Assembly (NCBI GenBank): GCA_034670305.1
Contig: JAXMNT010000039.1
Location: 13,465 to 77,464 of the forward strand
DNA: 64,000 nucleotides
From: Deltaproteobacteria bacterium
Lineage (GTDB): Bacteria > Myxococcota_A > Polyangia > Polyangiales > Houyiibacteriaceae
Direction of reading: 5' to 3'
The notes under the pieces were generated by a model that did not search any database, was not told the origin of the DNA, and saw nothing but the letters and a program-made list of their open reading frames with translations. Both the position numbers and the translations under genes were made by a program. Each line of letters begins with the position of its first letter. The stretch's first letter is position 1. Below, piece by piece: positions 1-10,900 of this stretch.

Positions 1-2
1 TC

Positions 3-1289
3 GCGGTCGCGCGGGTCGACGGAGAACATGCGGTGCGTCCTGCCGGCGAGCTCGGAGGCGGCATGTCGGCGCTCGTTTCCGGACCGCACGACACGGCGTA
101 CGTCTCGGGTCGGCTGGACGGCGTCACTTCGCTCACCGTGGGCGGGCGCGCCCGCGTCGTCGACGGGGAGGCCCGGCGGATCTTCGCCACCGCGAGCGAA
201 GACCTGAACATCGGTCGGGTCTCGGGTGGCTACGTGGTGATCGTGCTCGAGCGTGTGGTCGACTGGGTCCGGGTGCGGGTGCCCGGCGCGGTCGCACTCA
301 CCGGGTACATGAACCCGAGCGCGCTCCTCTCGACAAACGAGTCGTTGCCGACGGACGCGGTCTCGGTGCCGGGCAACCTGGTGGCGCCGTCCGAGATCGG
401 GTCACTGGTCGCGGTCCGCCCGGCGACGGAGATCCAGCTCGCGGGCGGAGCCGTCGCGCGGGTCGCGGGCGGCGGTGCCTTCGCCCACGTCCTCTCGGTC
501 GATCGGGTCAACCGCACCGTCGACGCGCTCGTCGCCGCCAACGACGGGTTGGTGATCCGTGGCTCGGTCGCGCTGCGCGACTTCGATGTGCCCGAAGCCG
601 AGCCCGAGACGCAGCGGGCCCGTCGAACGGTGCGGCCGCCGCCCGGTCCGCCACCTCGAGTGCGTAGCGCCCACGGCAACGGTGCACCGGGTCCGGTCGT
701 CCGCGCGCTCTATTCCGTGGTCCGCCTGTGGTGCGTGGATCCGGAGGGTCGCATCGCGACGGGCTCCGCGACCATTGTCACCACCGGAGGTCGGCTGCTC
801 ACCAACTTCCACGTGGTGGGTCGCGGCGGGATACTCACGCGACCGAACTGCGCCGTCGGACCACTGCGGGATCCGCGACAACCCGTGGAACCCGAATGGG
901 TGGCCCGCGTGGTCGCGCACGACGCCGCGGGTGACCTCGCGGTGCTGCAGGTTCGCGAAGCGCTCGAAGGGCATCGGCTCCCATCCACATTCAATCGACT
1001 GCGCGCGGGCAGCGACCCGGTGATCGGTGACCGCGTCTACGTGCTCGGCTTCCCAGGCGCGTCCTCCTCGACGACCCATCTCACGAGCGGCGCCGTGTCT
1101 GGTTTTCAGCGCATGGAGGGAGCCGACTGGGTCCGCACCGACGCGCAGATCAACCCGGGCAACAGCGGCGGCGCGATGATCGATGCCCGCGGTCGCCTGG
1201 TCGGGGTGCCGACCGCGCTCCTTCGCGTCGACGATCCGGTGGGCCTCGCCCGACCCATCAGCGCCGTACCTCGGTCGTGGCTGCGATGA
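3..1289 (+). CDS. Trypsin-like (S1C/HtrA-type) serine protease domain protein, 5' end probably outside the window
   Basis: Catalytic triad motifs LTNFHVV, DLAVL and INPGNSGG in the C-terminal half; frame is open back to base 3. Confidence 0.8.
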   Translation, partial: AVARVDGEHAVRPAGELGGGMSALVSGPHDTAYVSGRLDGVTSLTVGGRARVVDGEARRIFATASEDLNIGRVSGGYVVIVLERVVDWVRVRVPGAVALTGYMNPSALLSTNESLPTDAVSVPGNLVAPSEIGSLVAVRPATEIQLAGGAVARVAGGGAFAHVLSVDRVNRTVDALVAANDGLVIRGSVALRDFDVPEAEPETQRARRTVRPPPGPPPRVRSAHGNGAPGPVVRALYSVVRLWCVDPEGRIATGSATIVTTGGRLLTNFHVVGRGGILTRPNCAVGPLRDPRQPVEPEWVARVVAHDAAGDLAVLQVREALEGHRLPSTFNRLRAGSDPVIGDRVYVLGFPGASSSTTHLTSGAVSGFQRMEGADWVRTDAQINPGNSGGAMIDARGRLVGVPTALLRVDDPVGLARPISAVPRSWLR

Positions 1290-1340
1290 AGTGTGCGCGC
1301 GACGCGTCAGTTCGTGGAGGGGCCGCGCGTCTTGCCGGGC

Positions 1341-3068
1341 ATGGATGAAAGAGACCCGACGACCACGCGCTACTTCTTCGAACACGTCGGGGAGAGCGCC
1401 GGCCCGTTCACCCTCGCGCAGCTCCGGCCGCACGTGGCCACGGGCGACCTGCAACCGACCACCCGGATGTTGATCGAGGACACGTACGAGTGGGCCCCGG
1501 CCGAGACCCTCGTCCCCTCGTTGTTCACCAAGGTCCGCCCCCGTTCAGGGACGCGGTCCCGGCAGAGTCTCTACGTCGGCCTCGGCCTAGGCCTGCTGCT
1601 CGGCGCCGCCGGCCTGACGGCCTTCGCCCTGCTCCGCGACGGGGGTGGCGCGGCGGCGAACCTCGCGGACGCGGACCTGATGGCGTCGCTCCCTCCAGAC
1701 GTCGATTCCGTGCAGCTCGGCGACTTCGCGGCCGACCCGCTCCTCATCCGCGGCTCTCAACTGGCCGGCATGGGGGGCGGCTTCGACTTGGCCGGCGCGC
1801 TCCTCGATCCGGACGACGACATCGTCGACGCGCTCGTGCGGCCCGACCTGCGTTCTGAGCTGCAACGGTCGGTCGGCGTCGCGTCCGAGCTCGACGGCGT
1901 CGGCCTCGTGCGCATGGGCGACACCACGCTCCTCTTCTTCCACGGCGGGCTCTCGGCGGGCTCCGAAGGCCTCACCCTCACGAACAGCCGCGACCACACG
2001 TTCAGTGGCCTCGCGGGCCGGTGCTCGCACGAGGAGGGCGTCGCCGAGTGCAACGACGGAACCGCGCTCGTCCGAAAGGGCCAGTGGAGCCTGTACGCGC
2101 CGCGCCCGACGGTCGAGTCCATGGCGCGCGACTGGGTCCGCGCCGACCGCCCCGAGACCACCAACATGCAGATCGCGCGCGCGCTGCTAGCGCGGGTCGA
2201 AGGCCGCGCCGACGTGCACATCCTGGTGAAACCCGAGAGCGTGCGCCCGAGCCTCGCCGCGCCGTGCGTCGCGATCCTCGGCCTCGCGGGCCTCATGCGC
2301 TGCGTCCCCTCCGGACTCGACGCGACCTTCGCGCGGCTCAGCGGCCTCGCCCGCGGCATCCTCCGCGAGACCGACGGCACCGCCCATCCGGATCCGGATC
2401 GCTACGAGGTCCGCTTCGACCTGCTCGCGCGCGACGCCCGCGACGCCGAGTCGATCGCGGCCGAGCTCGATGCGTTTCGCCGCGACTGGCGCGCGCACTT
2501 CGACAACACCGGCATGGATCTCGTCGCCACCCTGCGCGCCGGCACGCTCGAAGACGCAGACTTCGTCGAGAGCCGCTACCGCACCTTCGAGCGCGCGCTC
2601 GCCGAGTCGACGATCGAAACCGACGACGTCGCGGTGGTGTGGACCCTCGCCACCGACCTGACGGAAGCCGAACGCGCCGACGTCGTGCGGCGCCTCGCGA
2701 CCCGAACCGAGCGCCAGCAGCACGCCACGAACGTCGTCTCCGCCGTGCTCGAGGGCACCACCCCGGCGCGCGGCGACCTGGTCGCCCTTGTTGGCGAAGA
2801 GCGGGCCGACGCCATGCTCTTCCCCCGCGCGACCGAAGAAGACTGCAACGCCATCCGCGCCCGCGTCGCCGAGCTCATCGCGGCTGGCGTGCCCACCCAC
2901 CAGTTCGGTCTTCGCTTCGAGCAAGAACAGCGCTTCGCCGTCGGCACCTGCGTCGGCCGCGCGCTCACGCCCGAAGCCCGCGCGTGTCTCGTCGGCGCGC
3001 CGGACTTCGCCGCGATGGCCGCCTGCGAGTTGCCCACCCTCACCGCCAAACCCGAGACCGCCCCATGA
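1341..3068 (+). CDS. GYF_2 (DUF4339)-like domain membrane protein
   Basis: N-terminal YFFEHVGESAGPFTLAQL...W fits GYF_2; one TM helix (LYVGLGLGLLLGAAGLTAFALL); ATG at 1341 preferred over GTG 1293. Confidence 0.6.
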   Translation: MDERDPTTTRYFFEHVGESAGPFTLAQLRPHVATGDLQPTTRMLIEDTYEWAPAETLVPSLFTKVRPRSGTRSRQSLYVGLGLGLLLGAAGLTAFALLRDGGGAAANLADADLMASLPPDVDSVQLGDFAADPLLIRGSQLAGMGGGFDLAGALLDPDDDIVDALVRPDLRSELQRSVGVASELDGVGLVRMGDTTLLFFHGGLSAGSEGLTLTNSRDHTFSGLAGRCSHEEGVAECNDGTALVRKGQWSLYAPRPTVESMARDWVRADRPETTNMQIARALLARVEGRADVHILVKPESVRPSLAAPCVAILGLAGLMRCVPSGLDATFARLSGLARGILRETDGTAHPDPDRYEVRFDLLARDARDAESIAAELDAFRRDWRAHFDNTGMDLVATLRAGTLEDADFVESRYRTFERALAESTIETDDVAVVWTLATDLTEAERADVVRRLATRTERQQHATNVVSAVLEGTTPARGDLVALVGEERADAMLFPRATEEDCNAIRARVAELIAAGVPTHQFGLRFEQEQRFAVGTCVGRALTPEARACLVGAPDFAAMAACELPTLTAKPETAP

Positions 3069-4495
3069 CCCGCATCGCTTCGCGCACCCCCACCGTCACC
3101 GCGCTTCTCGACAGCGGCCCTGCGCATCTCGAGAACGGCCCTGCGGCTCTCGAGGAGAACACTGCGACTCTCGAGGAGAACACTGCGACTCTCGAGGAGA
3201 ACACTGCGACTCTCGAGGAGAACACTGCGACTCTCGAGAACAATACCGCGTGCTCGAGACACACCACGCTCCGCCGAACCGGGACCGCACTTCTGCTCGC
3301 GCTCTCGGTCCTCGTTCCGGCCACAGCCGGCTGCGCCGTTCAGGACGCCTACCTCCGCCACGACGACGAGATCCTCTCGCGGGTCGGCGTGCCGCGCCCA
3401 GGCACCGAACGCGCCGCCCGCATCCGCCAGGAAGGCACCCACGTCAGCGTCGAAGCCATCCAGCTCTGCGACCGAGTCGAGCGGCTCGAGATCGAACGCA
3501 CCCACGTCTTCTCGCGACGAAGCCGCAAACCCATGGTCCCCATCCTCGCCGCGATCGGGGGCGCCGCTGCTGTCGCCTTAGGCGCGTTCGCCATTGTTCG
3601 TGCCCCCAACCTGCCCGAGTCCCGCCCTGACCTCGAGACCGGTTGGACACGCAGCCAAGCGCGCGGGCTCGGAGGCCTGCTCGTCGGAGGCGGAGGCGTC
3701 CTCGCGCTTGGGACCGTTGGCCACGCCTTCCGGCTCGCGCGTGGCGAACGAACCACCGAGACCGTCACCGAAGCCGGCGAGGTCTTGCAAAGCGGCGTCG
3801 CCTGCCCCTCACCCATCCCATGGCAGGGCGCCGAGATGCGCCTTGGCGCCATCAGCCTCGGCACCACGCCCAGCACCGGCCGCGCCGAGCTCGACCTCGA
3901 CCTCGCCGTCCTCCCCCGCGACATCGCCGGCGCCCCACCGAACGTCGACCTCCGCATCGACGGCCGCACCGTCGGCCAGGTCAACCTCGCCCCCATCCGC
4001 CACGTACATCAAGAGCGCGCCTGGCGCGACGCCGGACAAGTCCGCTGCGCCGCCCCCGAGCGCCCCGACGACTGCGACGCGCTCAACGCCTACCTCATCC
4101 GCTACCCCGACGGCCCGCACGCCACCGAAGCCCGCCGCATCCTCGAGAGCGCCGCCGGCGCCCTCGTCGAAGCCGCCGCCCGCCGCCGCGCCGAAGCCGA
4201 AGAAGCCGCCGCCCGCCTCCGCCAAGCCGCCGCCGAGAGCATGGCCGCCCTCGAACGCCAACGCGCCGAATCCGAACGCCGCCTCCGAGAAGAAGAACGC
4301 GAACGAGCCCGCGCCGAGCGCGAACGAGAAAGAGACAGAGCCCGTCACATCGCCGAACAAAGAGAAGCCGAACAACGCCACCGCCAAACAAGAGAAAGAA
4401 CCCAAGCCCGCCGCGCATGCCACGCCACCTGCCGCCAAACCTGCGGAGGCAACCAAGCCTGCCAAACCGCCTGCCAAACCACCCAATGCCAGTAG
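3065..4495 (+). CDS. Hypothetical lipoprotein/membrane protein with coiled coil and Cys-rich C-terminus
   Basis: ATGA overlap with upstream stop; lipobox-like VPATAGC; two TM segments; E/R-rich coil; ends CHATCRQTCGGNQACQTACQTTQCQ. Confidence 0.6.
   Translation: MTRIASRTPTVTALLDSGPAHLENGPAALEENTATLEENTATLEENTATLEENTATLENNTACSRHTTLRRTGTALLLALSVLVPATAGCAVQDAYLRHDDEILSRVGVPRPGTERAARIRQEGTHVSVEAIQLCDRVERLEIERTHVFSRRSRKPMVPILAAIGGAAAVALGAFAIVRAPNLPESRPDLETGWTRSQARGLGGLLVGGGGVLALGTVGHAFRLARGERTTETVTEAGEVLQSGVACPSPIPWQGAEMRLGAISLGTTPSTGRAELDLDLAVLPRDIAGAPPNVDLRIDGRTVGQVNLAPIRHVHQERAWRDAGQVRCAAPERPDDCDALNAYLIRYPDGPHATEARRILESAAGALVEAAARRRAEAEEAAARLRQAAAESMAALERQRAESERRLREEERERARAERERERDRARHIAEQREAEQRHRQTRERTQARRACHATCRQTCGGNQACQTACQTTQCQ
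3107..3253 (+). repeat. 21-bp in-frame tandem repeat (LEENTAT)
   Basis: Four perfect copies of ctcgaggagaacactgcgact at 3149-3232 plus three degenerate flanking copies. Confidence 0.95.
4425..4463 (+). repeat. Left copy of 39-bp degenerate direct repeat
   Basis: ccacctgccgccaaacctgcggaggcaaccaagcctgcc; 35/39 identical to 12379-12417. Confidence 0.85.
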
Positions 4496-4606
4496 CCGCG
4501 CTCTAGACAGCGGGAGGGTGTCTGTCGATTCGTGAAGGACATCACGACTCGCGGTCGTACTCTCCCTTCGCAGGCGTCTTACCCCGCAGTAGCCCAAGAG
4601 AAAGCC

Positions 4607-5893
4607 ATGACCTGGTTCTTCACCGACCTCGACCCACGCGCGAAGATCGCGGGGTCACGCGACCCGTTGGGTTTTCAGCAGCCGTGGACGGCGCTCGGGA
4701 GGGAGTTCGTCGCAACACTGACCACGGTCACCGTTTCGGTGCGCGGCTTCACGACCCTGATGCTTGGGCTCCACTTGGCAGACGAGCTGATTCGGGACGG
4801 CGAACCCGAAGAACATCGGGCTCGGTTCTTCCTCGAATTCGAACAAGTCGCTGGATACGCGCGTCACCTGAGCCACGGAGTGTCGTCGCTCGGCACCCAA
4901 CGGATCCGCAAGCGCCTCTCGCAGTCGAGTACCGTTCCGCTCGGCTTGGGGTCCGATGCCGCGATCCTCTCGGATCAACGCACCTACGGGCTCTGGGGCC
5001 TGTACTCCAGCTCAGCTCGGGCGAGTGGTCTCGTGGACCGGAACGAGCAGCGTCCAACCAAACGTGCGCGTGACCACCTTCGCGAGGTTGTTCTGCCGCG
5101 CGCACATGCGGTCCATCCCAAGTTGTGGTCGGACCTTCTTCGGCTCATTCGACCGGAGAAGGGCGACCTCTACACGAAGGGGCGCCACCGCGACGTCGTC
5201 TCCTCGCTCGGAGAGGCGTTGTCACCCGAACTCCTGGAGACCGAGCGTGAGTTCTACCTCCAGACGCTCGTGGAAAACGACCTGGGCGACGACCCGACAC
5301 ACGGGCGTCAGCGCTTGCTCTGGCACCTCATGGAGGACCTGAGCAAGGAGTTCCCTTGGGACAAGGGACCCACCCGTTCCGAAGTCGAGGAACTCGCCAA
5401 ACGAGCTGCGGAGACGGACGAGGGGCTCGCGGACTCGCTCCAGGCGGTCCTCGTGCTCGACCCCTTCTTCGCCCTGGTCTCCAGGCTCTTCTCCTTGGCG
5501 CTCCAAGCGAGCGGCACACGCGCCGAAGTCATTGCGACCATTCGGGGTCAGCGGGCCGCCTTCGGCGCGATCGATCCGGCCGCCCTCGAGAGCCGACGGT
5601 CGCGTTTGGGAGGAGACCAGGCGGACCGGCTCGTCGCTCTCGGGCACGCGCTTCGGGATGGGGACTTCGAACGCTCGCTCGATCTGATCCTGGAACAGAA
5701 CAGCAGCGTGATGCGTGCTCGCGGCGGATCCGCGTGGGCCGAGTCGCGCGGTGATCGCATCGAGGTGCGACTGCGGTCCGAACCGTTGATCGCGCCGGCA
5801 GAAGCAGATGTGAACGCGGACCTCTTCTACCCCTACTTCCTGTCGTCGCTGAAGACAGTGGGTGGTGCGGTTCGCACGGGCAAAGAGACATGA
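4607..5893 (+). CDS. Uncharacterised defence-associated protein (DUF6361-like, ZacA-like by context)
   Basis: N-terminal GSRDPLGF...LTTVT motif and YGLWGLYSSS; ATGA overlap with the PLD gene; ATG at 4607 follows a purine-rich stretch. Confidence 0.55.
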   Translation: MTWFFTDLDPRAKIAGSRDPLGFQQPWTALGREFVATLTTVTVSVRGFTTLMLGLHLADELIRDGEPEEHRARFFLEFEQVAGYARHLSHGVSSLGTQRIRKRLSQSSTVPLGLGSDAAILSDQRTYGLWGLYSSSARASGLVDRNEQRPTKRARDHLREVVLPRAHAVHPKLWSDLLRLIRPEKGDLYTKGRHRDVVSSLGEALSPELLETEREFYLQTLVENDLGDDPTHGRQRLLWHLMEDLSKEFPWDKGPTRSEVEELAKRAAETDEGLADSLQAVLVLDPFFALVSRLFSLALQASGTRAEVIATIRGQRAAFGAIDPAALESRRSRLGGDQADRLVALGHALRDGDFERSLDLILEQNSSVMRARGGSAWAESRGDRIEVRLRSEPLIAPAEADVNADLFYPYFLSSLKTVGGAVRTGKET

Positions 5894-7938
5894 GTGCGAT
5901 TCCCACACAGGTCCTCTCCGACGCCTTCACCGAGGCGGTTGGTGCGTCGCGGGGGCGGGTCGTCGAGGCCGCGTTGTTCACGACGTTCTCGCTCCAACCA
6001 GACTTCTTCGAACAGGAGGTGCTGCCAACACTCTTCGATGCGCCGTTCTCCACCGCGCCCAACGTCAAACTGGTGCAGCTCGAGGAAGCGCTCCGGAAAG
6101 GCGCTCGCATTGCGGTCTTCTACGACGGGAACGCGCTCGAGACGACAGGGGTGGCGCCTGCACTCGACGTCGACCGAATCGCGATGGCGCGGGCACGCGG
6201 CTGCTTTCACCCGAAGCTCTCGCTCGTGCTGGTCCGCGAGGGAGACACACGCAGCCTCGTCATGCTCGTCTCCAGCGCGAACCTCACGCGGAGTGGCTGG
6301 TGGGACAACGTGGAGGTGAGCCACGCGTGCGAGATCCACCAGGCGACCAGTTCACACCACCGAGACCCACTACGGCAGGTCCTCGATACCTTGCGAGGCG
6401 AGACCCGCGCGAAGGGCTCGCACGTGCCCGCGCTCGAGGCGATCGACGGGTTTCTGAAGGATCAGGTGACGGCCTCCAGCCAGTGGTCCCGGACGGCGCC
6501 GCTTCATCCGCGACTGTTCGTCGGCGACGAGACCCTCCCGACCTTCATCCGCGATGCGCTGGGCAGTTCGACCGAAGACCTTCATCTCGAGATCGTGAGT
6601 CCCTACTTCGACCAATCGGATGCAGGCGCACTCAAGGCGCTGGTTGAACGACTGAAGCCTGCGTCGACCACCCTGTACCTGCCTCGCGACGACGCCGGGC
6701 GAGCCGACTGCCGGCCGGAGTTGTACGACGCGGTACTCGCGCTCGGCTGTCGGTGGGGCAAGTGGGTCACCGACATTCGGCGTCGCTCCAGTCAGCAGAG
6801 CGAGCGAATGACGGAGCGCTTCGTTCACGCCAAGGTCTACCGCTTTTGGTCCAAGAGTCCTCGGCGTGAGGTCGTGGTGCTCGGCTCGGCCAACCTCACC
6901 CGAGCCGCGCACGCCAAGGGCATCGCGGGGAACGTCGAAGCGAGCGTGCTCCTCGAGACCGCGAACCCTTCGAAGTTGAGCTCGTGGTTTGAAGTCGACG
7001 AGAAGCGTCCGCTCGAGTTCGTCGAAGAGCCCGATGCCGAAGACGACGTGGCATCGGGGCTCCCCGTCGCACCGATCGACATTCGCTACTCCTGGGCGAC
7101 AGGACGAGCCGCACTGCACTGGAGTGGGGACCCACCAACCGGCCAAGTCGAACTTCGCATGCTCGGCTCGTCCCTTGGAGCTGAGTTCGACGTCGATGAG
7201 GGCTGGAACGATCTGCCTTCGGAGGTCGCTGCCAAACTCGAGCCGCCGCTCAAGCGCACGTCTTTCGTGAGTCCGTTCCTGATAGACAGCACGGGTGAAG
7301 CCAAGGAGCACCAAGCCGTCCTCGTCCGCGAAGAGGACATGGCGCACAAGCCTTCGCTTCTGTTCGAGTTGAGCCCTGAAGACATCCTTCGCTACTGGTC
7401 CTTGCTCTCGGAGGATCAACGCAACGCGTTCATCGAAAACGAAGGCCACTCGGAGCTCGTCAACGTCGGGCTGGCCGCGGCGCGGGCGCGGTTGGAGGGT
7501 TCGGGTGAGAACTTCTTCACGCGTTTCGCCGGGATCTTCCACGCCTTCGAACGCCTCGAAACGGGCATCCGGAGCGCGTTGTCGGCTGAGAACTGGAAGG
7601 ACGCGGAGTACCAGCTGTTCGGCAAGAAGTACTACTCCCTCCCCAACCTCCTCTCGAAGCTGCTCAAGGAGGAAGGGGGTTGGGACTGGGTCGAGCGCTA
7701 CCTCGCCTTGCTCACCGCCCGAGACATGACGGCGCGCCTTCGCCGCGACCATCCCGCGTTCTGGAGCGACCACGAACGAGACGCTGCCCAACTGGATCTG
7801 CAGCTCGAAAAGGGAGACGCACTTTCCAAGAAGCTCGGCCTGGGTGACGACCAAGACGGGCGAGCCTTCCTCACCTGGTTTGAAGCTCAGTTCAGGAGCG
7901 ACTTGCCAGCGGATGGCGCATCGGATGACGCATCGTGA
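5890..7938 (+). CDS. Phospholipase D superfamily nuclease with two HxK motifs (ZacB-like by context)
   Basis: FHPKL...SSANLT...NVE and VHAKVY...GSANLT...NVE; SPYFD; GTGA overlap with the helicase. Confidence 0.8.
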   Translation: MSAIPTQVLSDAFTEAVGASRGRVVEAALFTTFSLQPDFFEQEVLPTLFDAPFSTAPNVKLVQLEEALRKGARIAVFYDGNALETTGVAPALDVDRIAMARARGCFHPKLSLVLVREGDTRSLVMLVSSANLTRSGWWDNVEVSHACEIHQATSSHHRDPLRQVLDTLRGETRAKGSHVPALEAIDGFLKDQVTASSQWSRTAPLHPRLFVGDETLPTFIRDALGSSTEDLHLEIVSPYFDQSDAGALKALVERLKPASTTLYLPRDDAGRADCRPELYDAVLALGCRWGKWVTDIRRRSSQQSERMTERFVHAKVYRFWSKSPRREVVVLGSANLTRAAHAKGIAGNVEASVLLETANPSKLSSWFEVDEKRPLEFVEEPDAEDDVASGLPVAPIDIRYSWATGRAALHWSGDPPTGQVELRMLGSSLGAEFDVDEGWNDLPSEVAAKLEPPLKRTSFVSPFLIDSTGEAKEHQAVLVREEDMAHKPSLLFELSPEDILRYWSLLSEDQRNAFIENEGHSELVNVGLAAARARLEGSGENFFTRFAGIFHAFERLETGIRSALSAENWKDAEYQLFGKKYYSLPNLLSKLLKEEGGWDWVERYLALLTARDMTARLRRDHPAFWSDHERDAAQLDLQLEKGDALSKKLGLGDDQDGRAFLTWFEAQFRSDLPADGASDDAS

Positions 7939-10900
7939 GGACGATCGAGCGCCTGGATCTTGAGACCGTCCGCAAGTTGATCGACTTTGGTGGAGGCCGC
8001 GTGTCTCGCGCGGTCGCACGCGACCAGGAGATGGGTGCGACCGCCATCCACAACATCCTGGTCGACCGAGCTCATGCGTACTTGGCCGACGAGGTCGGGA
8101 TGGGGAAGACCTACGTCGCGCTCGGCGTGGTCGGTCTGCTGCGGTTCTTTCATCCAGGGATTCGCGTCCTCGTCATCACCCCCCGCCACAACATCCAGGC
8201 GAAGTGGGGGCGCGAGCTGCGCAACTTCGTCCGGAACAACTGGCGCAGCAGCGACCAACGCGTCCGAGGCTTCGATGGGCAGCCTGCCGTCCCGGTCATT
8301 CAACCGGGCTCGCTGCTCGAGTGGGCGCGCCAGTGTGTGGTCGATCCCGAGCGCGACGTCGTGCTCCGGATGAGTTCGTTCGGCTGGGCGCTCCAGAACG
8401 ACGGCGGCCCATCGGGCACGTGGCGTGAGCAACGTGAGCGAATCGAACGACTGGCGCCGGTGCTGAGGGGCCATTTCGTCGACCCTACCGACCGCGACAA
8501 ATCCAGGTTCAAGGCGCGGGCCGCGCTGGCGGTGAATGCACTGCTTCCTCACTACGACCTCGTCGTCATCGACGAGAGCCATCACTTCAAACACGGACGC
8601 GCATCGCAAAGCGCCCGCAACCGGATGCTCGCCATCACGCTTGGTGCGCACCCGCCGCGCGACGTCGGTGTAGACATCGAGCCGGGGCCGCTCTTCGAGC
8701 GTCGCTTTGACCGGCTTCTGTGCCTCTCGGCAACGCCGGTGGAGGAGGACTTTCGCCAGCTCTTCAACCAGTTGGATCTTCTGGGCTTGGCCGGCCCGTC
8801 GGCGGACCTCAGACCACTCGACGATCCCAAGGCATCCGACGCTGACAAGCGGACTCTCGCAAGGCGCTTCCTGGTCCGCCGCCTGACGACGCTTGCCGTC
8901 GACGGGGGATCCTGGACCCGCAACATGTACCGCCGTGAGTGGCGCGAAGGCGGCATGGCGCGCTTCGATGAGCCCATGAAGATTCCCGGGGTTCGTCAAC
9001 GCCTCATCGTCGCGCTGGTCCAGCGAAAGCTCGCCACGCTGCTGAATCGTGAGACCTCGGGCCGGCGGTTTCAGATCGGAATGCTCGCTTCGTTCGAGAG
9101 CTTCGAGGAGAGCGCGCGGCCAGTTTCCGCAGAGACCGCCGACTCGGCGTTTGACGACGCGGATCAAACCGAAGATGTCGAACAGCGTCGGGGTGTCGAC
9201 CGCGCGCTCGTCGCAGAGATCGCGGACTCGTACCGGAAGACGTTCGGCGCGTCGCTGCCACATCCGAAAATGGATGCTGTCGTGGCCAGTCTCTCGAACG
9301 CGTTCGCAGAATCCAACAAAGCGCTCGTGTTCGTACGTCGGGTGAAGTCCGTTCCTGAGTTGGTCTTCAAGCTGGGAGACGGGTACGACGCTTGGCTCCA
9401 GGGGTACCTCGAAGCGCTCCTTCCGCCTTCGCTCCACGGCGCAATGCGCAAGGTCTGGGCGGCGTACCACGCGGAGCGGCGCGAGAAGCTCCACGCCGGC
9501 GGTCTCAACGACGAAGCCTCCGACCAGGCCAACGATACGTTCTTCGCATGGTTCTTCCAGTCTCAGACCCATCGCGGCGACCTCTTGACCGGCACCAAGT
9601 TCCGCGAGAACCGGTTGATGGAATCGAGTTCGACGTACTCGACGCTTTTCGAAGACGACTACCTCGGAGCCATGTTCGGCTTCCCCGCGAACCTCCTCGA
9701 CACCCTCGCGTCTGAAGTCGGGCGCCCGAGCGAAACGGTCCGTGAGCAGCTTCTCGCCGAAGCGTCGCACCGCCTGGCACGGTGGTCGAAGCCGGGCCGC
9801 CTGCACAACCATCACGCGGTGCAGGAAGCCGGGCTGCGTTTGCTCGCGAAGTCGAAGAGTCCGCGGGCAGATGAAGCCCGCACGATGGCCAGCGACTTGT
9901 ATGGTCCGCCGCCCAGCCGGTTGCGGGTGCCGCGCGTCGTGGCGATCGACGTGGACGCGTACCTCGGCGCCACGACCTTCTTCACGGAGCTCCGCAAGCG
10001 GCCCGCGTTGCAACGCGCACTGTGGCCGGTCGAAGACGCGTGGGCCGGCCGAACAGCCTTCCGTTCCCGAGAGTTGCGGCGGGAGTTGCTCGCGGCGACC
10101 GTCCGCCTTGGCCACTCCATGGTCGATCTGTATGCGTTGGCCGTCGCGGACGCAGGCACGCTCGAGATGGGGGGCTCACGTCTGCAGGACGATCGAAGTG
10201 CACGGCTCATCACCGCATTCCTCGACCGACTGGAGTCACTCCGAGGTGTCGAGGGCCTGCACGCCTACTCCGAGATGAGCTCGGTCGGGCGTCACCACGA
10301 GCACATTCTTGCTGTGAACTTCTCCGATGCGCGTGAGGTGCCGCTGAGCGAACTGCGCACGTACTTCGGTACGGCGCTCGGCAACCAAGTGCCCATCGCC
10401 GGGATGCACGGGCGCGCCACGGAGCGCGCCGTTCGCCACTTCCGCATGCCGGGCTACCCGATGGTTCTCGTCAGCACCGATGTGCTCCAAGAGGGCGAAG
10501 ACCTCCACAGCTTCTGTTCCCGCATCGTCCACTACGGGGTGAGCTGGACACCATCATCGATGGAGCAGCGCACCGGCCGAATCGACCGAATCGGCTCTCA
10601 GGTACATCGACGCCTCGAGGGCGGGGAGGGAACCCCGAGTGACGACGCGCTCCTGCAGGTCCACTTTCCCCACCTTCGAGAAACGGTCGAGCGTGAACAA
10701 GTCCGGGTCGTTCTCGAACGCATGAACCGGTTCATGGAACTCATGCATACAGGTTTGGCTGCGGAGTCCCACGACCCAACTGTGGACGTGGCAGCAGAAG
10801 CTCTCCGTCGACCCCCTTTGGTGGGCTCCGTCCGCGCACAGCTCTCGACGGCGTTCCCCGTGACCGACGACATGCTCCAGGCGAGCTTGGACGATCGGTC

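Noticed and set aside
2021-3064. N-terminal part of the 824-aa ORF
   Set aside because: Off-frame overlap with the 1341-3068 gene; real start is likely ATG 3065.
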